From NCBI GenBank assembly GCA_964535385.1, contig CAZHSY010000005.1:263-64262 (forward strand): a stretch of DNA of 64,000 nucleotides, given 5' to 3'. Every line of letters begins with the position of its first letter. Position 1 is the stretch's first letter. Shown here one piece after another: positions 48,695 through 58,284 of the stretch. The notes under the pieces were generated by a model. That model made no database searches, was not told the DNA's origin, and saw only the letters and a list, made by a program, of their open reading frames with translations. A program made the position numbers and the translations under genes. Source of the DNA: an uncultured Candidatus Saccharibacteria bacterium. Its GTDB lineage: Bacteria; Patescibacteriota; Saccharimonadia; CAILAD01; GCA-016700035.

Positions 48695-49987
48695 TTACTC
48701 ATAACGAAGTGCATCAATTGGATTCTGCTTGGCGGCTCGCCGTGCAGGCAGGGTGCCAGCCAAGAAGGCAATCAACATAATTAATCCAACGATACCAACC
48801 ACTGACTGCCAGGGGAACGACAAGAGTTGCAAGCCGACCAAGTCTTTTAAGAATGTCTGGCTGGCGATCTGGTTAGCTATTCGGCCACCAACCTCAGCCA
48901 CTGCCACGCCAAGCAAACTGCCCCAGAAGCCGAGCATGGCGGCTTCAATACTAAAGAGCAAGAAAATCCTCCCACTACTCATGCCCATAGCTTTCATCAG
49001 GCCGATCTCCTTGGTACGCTCCTGTACGGCCATAAGTAATGTATTAATAATACCGAAGCTGGCAGCGAGGAGTGCGATAGCGGCAAAGAAGTTCAACACG
49101 CCAATAATACCGCCGATCACCTGCTGCACGATGCCAATTTGATCCTCAATTGTAGAAGCTTGATACCCCTTATCTGTTAACTGTCTCTTAAGCTCAGTTA
49201 TCTGACTCTCGTTATAGTCAGCTGGAAAACGTGCGAATATGACCGGAAATTGATCGGTTCTCGCAGCTGGCAACCCTACGTTCTGTAAATCATGAAGTTG
49301 ATTGAGAAAAGCCGTATTAATCGAGGCTTCATTGGTAGCAAACAGACTTGGCTGCAACACACCAACGACTGTTGCCTCACGAGTCTCGACCTGACTGTCG
49401 GCGTTCGTTACCGCAACGGTCACCTTCTTACCTACCGCCTGCTCGGCTGAGCCGAGACCAAGTACATTAATATAGTTCAAGGGAATAAGAATCTGATTAT
49501 GGTCGGCCTGATTACTTAAGCCTCCACCAGCCGCCAAATCTAAATTAGTGCCATCAATATACTGCGACAATGTAACCCTAAACTTATCATGATCCGGACG
49601 TGTAATGTAGTTAGCCGATACACTCCGCAGTGGCTCAGCACTCACCACGCCAGCCTGTGATCGAACTTTTTCTAGATCGGATGATGTTAATACAGGCTGA
49701 TCACTACGGAAGATTGTGTTCGTAGTAGCACGATTGGGATCATACTTCGGCGGATCATCAGTGTTCTGCGAAGTAGTCGTCTCGGCCTTAGGCTGTATCA
49801 GTAAGATATCTTTCGCCCCCAGGCTATCAACTTGTCGATCAATATAGCTAGATATTCCTGCACCCAAACCATTTGTCAACGTCAAAGTCAGTGAGCCAAT
49901 AAAGATCGCAATGATCGTCAAGAAGCTACGCAGTTTAGCCCGTGTTAAATTGGAGCTGGCAGTCAGGATGATATCTGTGAGCTTCAT
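48695..49987 (-). CDS. ABC transporter permease, FtsX/MacB-type (4 TM with large extracytoplasmic domain)
   Basis: 430 aa. N-terminal TM, about 250-aa periplasmic domain, and 3 C-terminal TM helices with the FtsX motif. Confidence 0.82.
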   Translation of the reverse strand: MKLTDIILTASSNLTRAKLRSFLTIIAIFIGSLTLTLTNGLGAGISSYIDRQVDSLGAKDILLIQPKAETTTSQNTDDPPKYDPNRATTNTIFRSDQPVLTSSDLEKVRSQAGVVSAEPLRSVSANYITRPDHDKFRVTLSQYIDGTNLDLAAGGGLSNQADHNQILIPLNYINVLGLGSAEQAVGKKVTVAVTNADSQVETREATVVGVLQPSLFATNEASINTAFLNQLHDLQNVGLPAARTDQFPVIFARFPADYNESQITELKRQLTDKGYQASTIEDQIGIVQQVIGGIIGVLNFFAAIALLAASFGIINTLLMAVQERTKEIGLMKAMGMSSGRIFLLFSIEAAMLGFWGSLLGVAVAEVGGRIANQIASQTFLKDLVGLQLLSFPWQSVVGIVGLIMLIAFLAGTLPARRAAKQNPIDALRYE

Positions 49988-50694
49988 GTCAGCTTACCTC
50001 GTATGAGCTTACCATCCTTAATGAACACTTGCCGGTCGCAACGCCGAGCCAGATCATAGTCGTGTGTCACGATTATTAACGTAATACCCTCGTTCTTATT
50101 GAGCTTAAAGAGCAATTCTTCAATCTTGCTGCCAGTATTGCTATCCAGGTTGCCAGTTGGCTCGTCGGCAAAGATAACATCGGGCTTATTCATGAGTGCT
50201 CGAGCGATAACTACTCGCTGCTTTTGGCCGCCACTGAGATCATTAGCCTTATTCTTAGCTTTATCCTCTAGCCCTACCTGACGCAATACTTCGAGCCCGC
50301 GCTTGTTGCGCTCTCGTCGGCTCTTACCAGCAATCTTCAGCGGCAAAACGATGTTCTCCAAGACACTAGCATTCCCGTTTAAGAAGAACTGCTGAAAGAC
50401 GAAGCCAAACTCTTGGTTGCGCAGTCGATCCAGTTGGCGCTTCTTGAGCTTAGCAGCTGAATCGCTATGGATTAAGACGCTGCCGTCGGTTGGCTTATCG
50501 AGCAGTGCTAAGAGATGCATAAGAGTCGATTTTCCAGAGCCACTCTTCCCAATAACAGCCACGCTCTCGCCAGCCTTAATATCAAGATTAACGTCATGAA
50601 GAGCAGTAAAGGCGTTTTCGCCTTTACCATAGACCTTGTAGAGATTTTGGGTGGTAAGTACCGACTTTGTAGACTGTTTTGGCATTACCCCCAT
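49984..50694 (-). CDS. ABC transporter ATP-binding protein (MacB/LolD-like)
   Basis: Walker A GKSGSGKST. Signature LSGGQKQRVVIARAL. Walker B IIFADEPT. 4-nt overlap with the permease gene. Confidence 0.9.
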   Translation of the reverse strand: MGVMPKQSTKSVLTTQNLYKVYGKGENAFTALHDVNLDIKAGESVAVIGKSGSGKSTLMHLLALLDKPTDGSVLIHSDSAAKLKKRQLDRLRNQEFGFVFQQFFLNGNASVLENIVLPLKIAGKSRRERNKRGLEVLRQVGLEDKAKNKANDLSGGQKQRVVIARALMNKPDVIFADEPTGNLDSNTGSKIEELLFKLNKNEGITLIIVTHDYDLARRCDRQVFIKDGKLIRGKLT

Positions 50695-50709
50695 TGTACG
50701 CGATTCCGC

Positions 50710-51906
50710 CTAGCGAGGCCACGTACCATCATAGTATGCCCAGCCGAGATATTGATTGCTCAAGCCTGTCACGCGATGCTGCCAAACTGGCGAGCGTTGG
50801 CCACTATATCCTTGAGTCGAAATTACATAGCCATTTCCGATAGATATCCCCACATGCCCATCGGCACCAGCATAGAAAACGAAGGCACCAGCTGGTGGAC
50901 TAGCATCGGTATGCATAGCCCCACGCTGCAAGCGATACTGGTAATGAGTGAAGGCTGAAGCGGCCCGACCACGGACACCATAGGCCAGCTCAACAAACGT
51001 CTCACATCGGCCCGACCACCAGGCACCAAGTTGATCACTCCAAGCCGGAGCCGGTGAGCTCCTCTCGGCGCTGACCCAAGCCACCGCTCGAACTTCAGCG
51101 GCCGTTTGACAGGCTGGCGCGATACCCTGCACTGGATGTGTCTTCAAGGTGAGCTCGAGGTTATCGCGACTTAGCTCTGTAATCGGCTGGCCGGACTGAC
51201 AGCGCTGCAATTGCTCGGCCTCGCGGTATTCGAGGGCTTGTTCACCCTGTAAGAGAAAGGCACTCGCACTATAGCTCGCCGAGTGCACCAGCTGACCGCT
51301 TGGTAGTTGTGGCAACTGACGCACGCCTACTTCAGCTCGCCAGACCAAGACGCCATGTTCAAAATCCTGTCGCCGCTCACCCTGCCAATCAAACGCATCA
51401 CCAATTGGCTGGCCCAGGTTCGTTCGATGATCTAACTGACTGTAGTACGACCAGAAAGGCTCAGGAACCACGAAGCTGCTGGCCGGTGTCGCAACTACCG
51501 CCACGGTACCGAGGCTGCCACCGCTGAATACCTGGGTAGAACCAACCTCAGTTTGGTCGGCTTCCGATAGCGGCATGCCGATAGTTAGTGGATCCAGCTC
51601 CTCCACGACACGCCAAATCTCTGGCTGTACAACCACCACTCGGCTGCCGCAACCAGGAGCCATTAGTGTCGTCTCCCGCCCATCATCGCGATACGTCTGG
51701 GTGCAGCCCAATTGGGTGACGGTCGGAGGAGTTGGCTCCCCAAGCTCTCCTCTTGCGCTTAACTCAGCTTGCTTCTGCTCAAAAGCCCGAGCTGCGACCT
51801 GACTCACCACGGCAGGCCGAGCACCGGCCTGCGCAGCTTGAGGAACTAGTAAATAAACTGCCACCACCCCCATAACCTGTACTAGATATCGTAAACGAAT
51901 CTTCAC
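50710..51906 (-). CDS. Secreted LGFP-repeat + NlpC/P60/CHAP-like cell-wall peptidase
   Basis: Sec signal peptide (AQA). LGFP-like repeats (W..Y.....LG.P....Q.FE.G.L.W). C-terminal Cys/His catalytic domain (CETFV...GHVGISIG). Confidence 0.65.
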   Translation of the reverse strand: MKIRLRYLVQVMGVVAVYLLVPQAAQAGARPAVVSQVAARAFEQKQAELSARGELGEPTPPTVTQLGCTQTYRDDGRETTLMAPGCGSRVVVVQPEIWRVVEELDPLTIGMPLSEADQTEVGSTQVFSGGSLGTVAVVATPASSFVVPEPFWSYYSQLDHRTNLGQPIGDAFDWQGERRQDFEHGVLVWRAEVGVRQLPQLPSGQLVHSASYSASAFLLQGEQALEYREAEQLQRCQSGQPITELSRDNLELTLKTHPVQGIAPACQTAAEVRAVAWVSAERSSPAPAWSDQLGAWWSGRCETFVELAYGVRGRAASAFTHYQYRLQRGAMHTDASPPAGAFVFYAGADGHVGISIGNGYVISTQGYSGQRSPVWQHRVTGLSNQYLGWAYYDGTWPR

Positions 51907-52044
51907 TCTCTTCTCTCCTTAGCTGTGACGCCATCGTAAGGAGAGATCTAGATATAGCCAAGCATCAGGATGATGCCTGACGCAGTATCAGCGTGACCTA
52001 GATCACACCTTCACAGAGAAATGGCCTACACGAGATCCACGATT

Positions 52045-52602
52045 TCAGCTTTCGGATACTAGTTGCCCCAGGACTGGGAAAAGTTGGTCATTCAGGGCAG
52101 CTTCAAGTACCACATGGGCTTCGTTGTTATATGGTAGCCGGTAGAGTATTTGTTGGAGGAGCCGCAAATGACTGTCGATCGAATCTCGCTCTACTTGTGA
52201 TAATTGACCTGACACACCCAGTGTAGCTATAAGATCACCAACGTGCTCCAAAGCGTCCAAGCAAGCTCCCTGCCCGTCGTAATCACGCTCGCCCAGCTGA
52301 CTACACAGCACTCTCACGGCGCGCTGGACTTGTTCGAGCTCGCTCAAAGCCCGACGACGATTACGGTTTACTGCGACTAGTTCTTGCGAGCCTCCTGCCT
52401 CGTACCGCTTCTCTTGAATCTGGTACTCATGCACTTCAGCTGGTAGTACTGTCAGAGCTTGAATATCTGACTCACTTACTAATAAATCCTCCAGAGGTGA
52501 CGAAGGCAAACCTGGTTCTTCCGGCCTAGCCAACATCGACTGCAAGTCGTGCTTAAGATCATTATTTGACCTAGATTCTTCAGTAAAGTGAGTTTCTCGC
52601 AT
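52045..52602 (-). CDS. Hypothetical protein, 185 aa
   Basis: Intact ORF, divergent from the sortase gene. No recognisable domain. Confidence 0.4.
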   Translation of the reverse strand: MRETHFTEESRSNNDLKHDLQSMLARPEEPGLPSSPLEDLLVSESDIQALTVLPAEVHEYQIQEKRYEAGGSQELVAVNRNRRRALSELEQVQRAVRVLCSQLGERDYDGQGACLDALEHVGDLIATLGVSGQLSQVERDSIDSHLRLLQQILYRLPYNNEAHVVLEAALNDQLFPVLGQLVSES

Positions 52603-52649
52603 AACGCTAGTATAGCGGATATGCTTATGCTCCGGTTACAATAGAAAGC

Positions 52650-53288
52650 ATGATCCGTCGTAGACCCCGCACTGCGGTGCAAGCCCACCCCCATGAGACT
52701 CCCTACTACGCTCCTGGCAAAACCAAAGCCAAAAGACGTCGAGTGGTGCTATTAATCTTGGCAATAGCCTGCATCCTAGCCGGATTGTATCTGGGTTACC
52801 TTTTGCTCAGCCCAAAGATCGCTACTCTAGTGCCGATCAAAACCAAGATTGACCTTAATACAACCGACGACTCGACCGATCATCGTAATCGTATCCAGAT
52901 ACAGAAGATCAATCTTGAAGTGCCGTTCCTGGAAGGCGACGCTAGCTCATTAGATCACGGCGCCTGGCACCGTTACCCCGAGCGAGGCAATCCCGAAGAT
53001 GGCGGCAACTTCATCCTCTCAGCTCACCGCTTTAATATTGGTACCACACCAGTAGAAACAAAAGAACGCTCACCTTTCTATAATGTTGATAAACTAAAAG
53101 TCGGCGACACTATGCGGGTTTTTTATAATGACCACTGGTATGACTATGTAATCACCAAGACCTACAGCGTTAAGCCAAATGCGATTGAGATCGAAGCCCC
53201 GTCCGAAGATGCTCACCTCACTCTCTACAGTTGTTCGCTGGGAGGTAGCAGTGACGGCCGAACCGTCATTGAAGCCAAGCTTAAATAA
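52650..53288 (+). CDS. Sortase (class E/F-like transpeptidase) with N-terminal membrane anchor
   Basis: Catalytic His (LSAHRF), TLxTC-type motif LTLYSCS, and conserved Arg near the C-terminus. Confidence 0.78.
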   Translation: MIRRRPRTAVQAHPHETPYYAPGKTKAKRRRVVLLILAIACILAGLYLGYLLLSPKIATLVPIKTKIDLNTTDDSTDHRNRIQIQKINLEVPFLEGDASSLDHGAWHRYPERGNPEDGGNFILSAHRFNIGTTPVETKERSPFYNVDKLKVGDTMRVFYNDHWYDYVITKTYSVKPNAIEIEAPSEDAHLTLYSCSLGGSSDGRTVIEAKLK

Positions 53289-53302
53289 AAACTTGCCATA
53301 TA

Positions 53303-53332
53303 AAAACCAGGCTCCGATAGCCTGGTTTTTAT
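53303..53332. terminator. Bidirectional rho-independent terminator between the convergent sortase and ABC-2 genes
   Basis: AAAAACCAGGCT-ccgat-AGCCTGGTTTTT. Confidence 0.65.
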
Positions 53333-53348
53333 ATGGAACACAGGAGTG

Positions 53349-54143
53349 CTAAGCTCGACGCTTGTAAGCCCAGACAGCTAACGGCACGAAGATGACCAAG
53401 AGACCAAGAGACCAAGTGGCTGCCTTCCACGGTGCACCATAGGTATTCACCCCAAGAGCAAATTCACGCGACGCATTGACCACGAACGTAACCGGCTGAT
53501 TGCGCACAAATGCCTGCAACCAATCTGGTAGAGTTTGAGTCGGTACGAAAGCTGAGCTCGCGAACGTCAGCGGAAATATAGCTAAGAAACTAGCCAGCTG
53601 AGCCGTCTCCGCATCACGCACACTCAAGCCAATGAAAGCAAAGAGCCATGACAAGGCATAGCCAAACAACGCCGAAATACCGATCATACCAAGTGCACCA
53701 GTTAAGCCATTCTGAAAGCGGAAGCCGAGCAAGGCGCCGACAGAAATCATAATAAGCATGACGGCCAAGTTACGAACCAGGTCGGATAGAGTTCGGCCAG
53801 CGATAACAGCAATCCGGCTCATCGGCAGAGATCGATACCGATCAACAATCCCTTTGCCCATGTCCTCGGCTAGACCGATACCGGTCTGCACACCCCCAAA
53901 CATGACGGTCTGAATGAGGATGCCGGGAAGTAAGAAGTTAATATACTTTCCGCCTGGAATAGCAGCGATGGCTCCAGCTCCGATGGCCCCACCAAAGACA
54001 TAGTTAAACAGTACCAAAAACATAATTGGTTGAACTGAGCTGAAGAACAACAGCTGTGGCAGACGAACATAGCGCAAGAGATTACGCTTCGCGATAATCG
54101 TCGTGTCGCGGAAAGCTTTAGCAAAACGCTTCAACGGATTCAT
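53349..54143 (-). CDS. ABC-2 type transporter permease (6 TM)
   Basis: 264 aa. ABC-2 topology. 4-nt overlap with the ATPase gene. Confidence 0.8.
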   Translation of the reverse strand: MNPLKRFAKAFRDTTIIAKRNLLRYVRLPQLLFFSSVQPIMFLVLFNYVFGGAIGAGAIAAIPGGKYINFLLPGILIQTVMFGGVQTGIGLAEDMGKGIVDRYRSLPMSRIAVIAGRTLSDLVRNLAVMLIMISVGALLGFRFQNGLTGALGMIGISALFGYALSWLFAFIGLSVRDAETAQLASFLAIFPLTFASSAFVPTQTLPDWLQAFVRNQPVTFVVNASREFALGVNTYGAPWKAATWSLGLLVIFVPLAVWAYKRRA

Positions 54144-55141
54144 GAGCGTCCGCCTTTCTTACCCGAGGTCGGCTTCTCAGTGTCCTCAGTCCGTTCTCCA
54201 GTCAGGGCGAGGAAGACATCATCGAGTGACGGACGGTGGAGTGAGATGCCCGTCATATCCACCTTGATGTTGCCTAAGGCCTGCACGATTACAAGCAAAT
54301 CCTTGGTACCACGAGCTACTGGCACAATAATTCGCTTGCCTTCATCTTCGACCTTCGGAGCCTTAGCGGCGATTGCCTTGACCGCTTCGAGCACTTGAGC
54401 TTCTCGCCCACCCTGAGCAAACTCAAGCTCAACGACATCACCACCCAAGCGAGCCTTGAGCTCGTCAGATGTACCTTCGGCAATAATCTTGCCTTTATTC
54501 AATACTGCAATGCGATCAGCCAGCTCATCGGCTTCTTCGAGATATTGAGTAGTCAAGACAATACTACGACCTTCACTCACCAGGTCGCGAATGATTTGCC
54601 ACAGCTCCAAGCGAGTCCGCGGATCAAGACCAGTGGTTGGCTCATCGAGCAAAATGACCTGAGCTTCACCGACCAAACTGGCACCAAGGTCGAGGCGGCG
54701 GCGCATCCCGCCAGAGTATGTCCGTACCGGACGATTGGCGGCATCAGTAAGGCTCAAGCGCTCGAGAATAGCGTTGGTCCGACGCTTAGCCTCAGCCGTA
54801 GTCAAGCCATACAGCCGACCAGTAATGTAGATATTTTCATAGCCAGTTAAGAACTCATCGACAGCTGCATACTGACCAGCTAAACCAATCAGACTCCGAA
54901 CTCCTTCAGGATCCTCGGCAACATCAACACCTAACACTTTTAGACTACCCTTGTCGGGTGCGAGAAGTGTCGCCAGAGCTCGTACGAGGGTTGTCTTACC
55001 AGCCCCATTCGGACCAAGTAATCCGAAAATTGTGCCGGCCTTTGCTTCGAGTGTCACCCCATCAAGTGCCTTGACGCTACCGAAGTGCTTCCGTACACCA
55101 CGAGCGCTAAAAGCTAATTGATCTGATATTTTCATTGACAT
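54140..55141 (-). CDS. ABC transporter ATP-binding protein (DrrA-like)
   Basis: Start placed at MSMKIS, preceded by RBS AAGGAGA (the track ORF has a 19-aa extension). Walker A GPNGAGKTT, signature YSGGMRRRL, and a C-terminal DrrA-type extension. Confidence 0.88.
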   Translation of the reverse strand: MSMKISDQLAFSARGVRKHFGSVKALDGVTLEAKAGTIFGLLGPNGAGKTTLVRALATLLAPDKGSLKVLGVDVAEDPEGVRSLIGLAGQYAAVDEFLTGYENIYITGRLYGLTTAEAKRRTNAILERLSLTDAANRPVRTYSGGMRRRLDLGASLVGEAQVILLDEPTTGLDPRTRLELWQIIRDLVSEGRSIVLTTQYLEEADELADRIAVLNKGKIIAEGTSDELKARLGGDVVELEFAQGGREAQVLEAVKAIAAKAPKVEDEGKRIIVPVARGTKDLLVIVQALGNIKVDMTGISLHRPSLDDVFLALTGERTEDTEKPTSGKKGGRS

Positions 55142-55346
55142 AACTATTCTCCTTATAATTTCTGTATCTACGAGATTCTTCCAGGGATTACCCGACAAAT
55201 CTGCTTGCTTTCAGATCTATAAACTCTATATATATGTAGCCCCGTATGAGAGCCCGCAAGCGCGCAGTCTTCAAGGCGCCCGTAAAAATCTATGTAGACG
55301 TATTGGCTACTCCTGCAGCTTAATATCCGGCTCTGCCCAAGCCAAT

Positions 55347-55892
55347 TTAGCCGGCCTCCGAGTAAGGCTTGCCTGTCTCCGAAGCATCCGAGCCGTCGGC
55401 GATATCGCACAAGTCTTTGAGAGATTTTTCAACGACTTCTCGGGCTGCGTCAAACTGTTGATCACTACCATGGCGAATAATCTGCTTCATGGTTTTCATA
55501 AACTGCATACCGATCATGCGGAGCTGCATGATGCGTTCTGGCGCACGATTACCACGCTCCCAAGGCATGTCCTGTGGATCTTGGCTTTTAGCCTTCTGCT
55601 TGCCAGCCTCTGTTAGGGAGTAGATTTTCTTACCCTTATCCTCTTCGGCTTCGATAAGCCCCTGATCAACCAACATTTGGAGAGTTGGGTAAATCGAACC
55701 AGGGCTTGGGCGCCAAACGCCCTGACTGCGGTCTTCTAAGTAACGGATAATCTCATACCCGTGCATTGGTTTGCTTTGTAGTACATCCAAGATCATAGCT
55801 TGAATATCGCCACGACCGGCCTTCCAGTCGTTACGCCAATTGTCATGTATATCTCGCCAATCTTGGCCGTGATGATAGCCTCTGTGTTCCAT
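55347..55892 (-). CDS. PadR-family transcriptional regulator
   Basis: ILDVLQSKPMHGYEIIRYLEDRS...SPGSIYPTLQMLVDQGLIEA is a PadR winged helix. It heads the padR-ABC operon. Confidence 0.85.
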   Translation of the reverse strand: MEHRGYHHGQDWRDIHDNWRNDWKAGRGDIQAMILDVLQSKPMHGYEIIRYLEDRSQGVWRPSPGSIYPTLQMLVDQGLIEAEEDKGKKIYSLTEAGKQKAKSQDPQDMPWERGNRAPERIMQLRMIGMQFMKTMKQIIRHGSDQQFDAAREVVEKSLKDLCDIADGSDASETGKPYSEAG

Positions 55893-55920
55893 AGAGACTC
55901 CTTTCGATTACTTTTATTCG

Positions 55921-55968
55921 ATAATACGATATATCGTGATATATCATAGTTCACGATATATCGTATTG
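55921..55968. promoter_or_regulatory. Candidate PadR operator: two copies of the perfect palindrome ACGATATATCGT flanking TGATATATCA, overlapping a GATAAT -10-like box upstream of padR
   Basis: The palindromes are seen directly at 55926-55937 and 55953-55964. PadR regulators bind inverted repeats and autoregulate. Confidence 0.5.
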
Positions 55969-56072
55969 TCAAGACTTTTCTTAAATCAATTTCAACCAAG
56001 AAATCCATTGTAATATTACTGTTTTTATTGTATAGTTACGCGATGTCACACCGAGTAAAGGAAGTTCTGGCC

Positions 56073-56780
56073 ATGCGCGCTGTGCGCGGATTTTTGATTG
56101 TGGCTGCACTTGGTCTGCTGGCCGTAATCGGCAAACAACACTATGCGCAGTCAGTGACGGCCGAAGACACCAAGCCCTGCGGTCTCAACTGCTGGCATAC
56201 CGACATAACTACCACCTACGAACAGGGTGGCACTCGCGCTACCGCCGATGATATGGGGCAGAGCAATCGCCCATCAGCCTGGTATCGAGATTGGTCAAAG
56301 CACCTGTGTGGGGCTGACAAGGCCGGCAATCGTACTGTCGTGCAGGCTGGCTGTGACAATCTCTTCTACTTCGCACTACCCTGCAGTGACTACGATAGCC
56401 ACGGTCCCATCAAGAGCCACATTCAAGCATCACCTTGGGCAAAGGATAACCTCGCGACTAATCAGTCTTGGTTTAAGAACAAATGGATTGAGATCCGCTA
56501 CCAAGGCAAAACGGTCTATGCCCAGTGGGAAGACGTTGGTCCAATGGGCCAAGCCGGTCATGAGATTGAAGACTGTAAGTATGTCTTTGGTTCCGACCGC
56601 CCCAAGCAAGAACGTGACCAGCACGCCTACAGTGCTCTGGATATATCGCCGGCTGCCTTCAAGCTTCTTACCGATGACGACCTTGAAATTGGCATGATTC
56701 AGACCCAGTGGCGCTTCGTCGAAGCTCCACCGGACGGTATTTGGTCGGCCAATATCACCACAAGTGGTCCTGATTGGTAG
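56073..56780 (+). CDS. Secreted protein with possible RlpA/expansin-like DPBB fold (putative cell-wall binding/lytic)
   Basis: Start at MRAVRGFLIVAALGLLAVIG (signal peptide) with RBS AAGGAAG. The C-terminal pattern VYAQWEDVGPMG...ALDISPAAFKLL resembles V..DRGP....ID.S..AF..L of DPBB proteins. A weak call. Confidence 0.4.
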   Translation: MRAVRGFLIVAALGLLAVIGKQHYAQSVTAEDTKPCGLNCWHTDITTTYEQGGTRATADDMGQSNRPSAWYRDWSKHLCGADKAGNRTVVQAGCDNLFYFALPCSDYDSHGPIKSHIQASPWAKDNLATNQSWFKNKWIEIRYQGKTVYAQWEDVGPMGQAGHEIEDCKYVFGSDRPKQERDQHAYSALDISPAAFKLLTDDDLEIGMIQTQWRFVEAPPDGIWSANITTSGPDW

Positions 56781-56943
56781 TCTCTCCAAGAAACTGCCTC
56801 CACTTGACGGAGCTCCGAGATCATTCTCGGAGCTCTTTTATACTTATATCCTCTTGAGAATCCCTATATATTGACTTTTTATAGTACTTATGTTAATATA
56901 AACAATCCTTTCCAGACACCCAGATACAGGAGATGCACCTGAC

Positions 56944-58203
56944 ATGTTCAAGCTTCCGCGCAATCTGCTGGCGGCACTGGCGGTCCTCGTGACCGTCATC
57001 GCCGCAGCCTGTTCGCCCGCTCCCAGCGGGGGCGGCACAACCGTTCCGACCAAGCCAGCTGTCAACCTGATCGCCAACCCCTCCCTGGAGGCTGGTACGG
57101 CGACCGGTGTTGAGCACTGGACCAGTGCTGGCTACGGTTCGCTGAACGCTGCCTTCTCGGTGTCTTCGGATGCCCAACAAGGCACGCGAGCAGCTCGGGT
57201 CGACGTGACCAACTACGAGTCCGGCGATGCCAAGTGGATCTTCGATCCCGTCAACGTCAGCCCGAACACGACCTACATCTTCTCCGACTACTACAAGTCG
57301 TCGGCGAAGTCACAGGTGCTGGCTGTCACCACTGACTTGGCCGGAACCGCCACCTACCAGTGGCTGTCCGACCTCGATCTGACCTCAACCTGGAAGCAGG
57401 TCAAGCAGTCCGTCACCGTACCGGCTAACGCCGTCACTCTGACGGTCTACCACCTGCTCTTTTCCAACGGCGCCCTGACCATCGACAATGCGTCGCTGGT
57501 ACAGGCACCCAAGGGCCAGGCCATGGTTTCGATCGAGTTCGACGATGGCTGGCGCAGCGCCTACACGCTGGGCCTGCCCATCGTCCGCAGCTTCGGCTGG
57601 GTTCCAACCCAGTACGTCATCACTGACCCGGTCAAGAACCCGGGTAACTACGACGGCGAGTACATGACCGCCAGTCAGGTAAAGGACTGGGTGGCCCAGG
57701 GCGGTCAGATCGGTAACCACACCGTGGATCACGCCGATCTCACCACCCTCACCGCCACCCAGACCCAGGCCGAACTGGCTGACAGTCAGGCCTATCTGAA
57801 GTCCCTGCTCGGTACCGCCCCGCGCCTGTTCGCGACGCCCTATTGCGCCACAAACGACGCGGTCACAGCACTCGCCAAGCAGTACTTCATCGGCCAGCGC
57901 AACTGCGCCACGCCGTTCAACACCCTGGGCGACTGGAACCCCTACAATCTGGGGTCCTTCCAGGTCCTGGCCACCACCACGGTGGCTGAGATCCAGGCAG
58001 CTCTGGCTCAGGCCAAGGCCAATGGCTCATGGCTGACGCTGACCTTCCACGAAGTGGGTGCACCAGTCGATCCGACCGATGCCGCCTACGCCGTGACGGC
58101 AGCTCAGCTGACCGCCATGCTGCAGGTTGTGAAGGATTCGGGACTTCCCGTCTATTCCAGCCAGCAGGCGTTCGACAAGACGAACGCGCTTGCCAATAGC
58201 TAA
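56944..58203 (+). CDS. Polysaccharide deacetylase (NodB homology domain) lipoprotein with N-terminal carbohydrate-binding-like domain; atypically high GC
   Basis: Lipobox VIAAAC. NodB motifs SIEFDDGW, H..DH and LTFHEV. Local GC is 63-75% against about 50% for the genome, with G/C-ending codons. Confidence 0.8.
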   Translation: MFKLPRNLLAALAVLVTVIAAACSPAPSGGGTTVPTKPAVNLIANPSLEAGTATGVEHWTSAGYGSLNAAFSVSSDAQQGTRAARVDVTNYESGDAKWIFDPVNVSPNTTYIFSDYYKSSAKSQVLAVTTDLAGTATYQWLSDLDLTSTWKQVKQSVTVPANAVTLTVYHLLFSNGALTIDNASLVQAPKGQAMVSIEFDDGWRSAYTLGLPIVRSFGWVPTQYVITDPVKNPGNYDGEYMTASQVKDWVAQGGQIGNHTVDHADLTTLTATQTQAELADSQAYLKSLLGTAPRLFATPYCATNDAVTALAKQYFIGQRNCATPFNTLGDWNPYNLGSFQVLATTTVAEIQAALAQAKANGSWLTLTFHEVGAPVDPTDAAYAVTAAQLTAMLQVVKDSGLPVYSSQQAFDKTNALANS

Positions 58204-58229
58204 AGTATCGGTTCCGGTAGTTTAGCGCC

Positions 58230-58262
58230 AAACGGTCACCCTTCGGGGTGGCCGTTTTCCAT
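58230..58262 (+). terminator. Rho-independent terminator after the deacetylase gene
   Basis: AACGGTCACCC-ttcg-GGGTGGCCGTT followed by a T-rich run. Confidence 0.6.
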
Positions 58263-58284
58263 TTCTAAGTAATGCTTTGCTTGG

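Noticed and set aside
54395-56697. ORFs 54395..54850(+), 55168..55410(-), 56227..56697(+) and 56430..56789(-)
   Set aside because: Antisense or alternative-frame ORFs overlapping well-supported ABC, PadR and DPBB-like genes.
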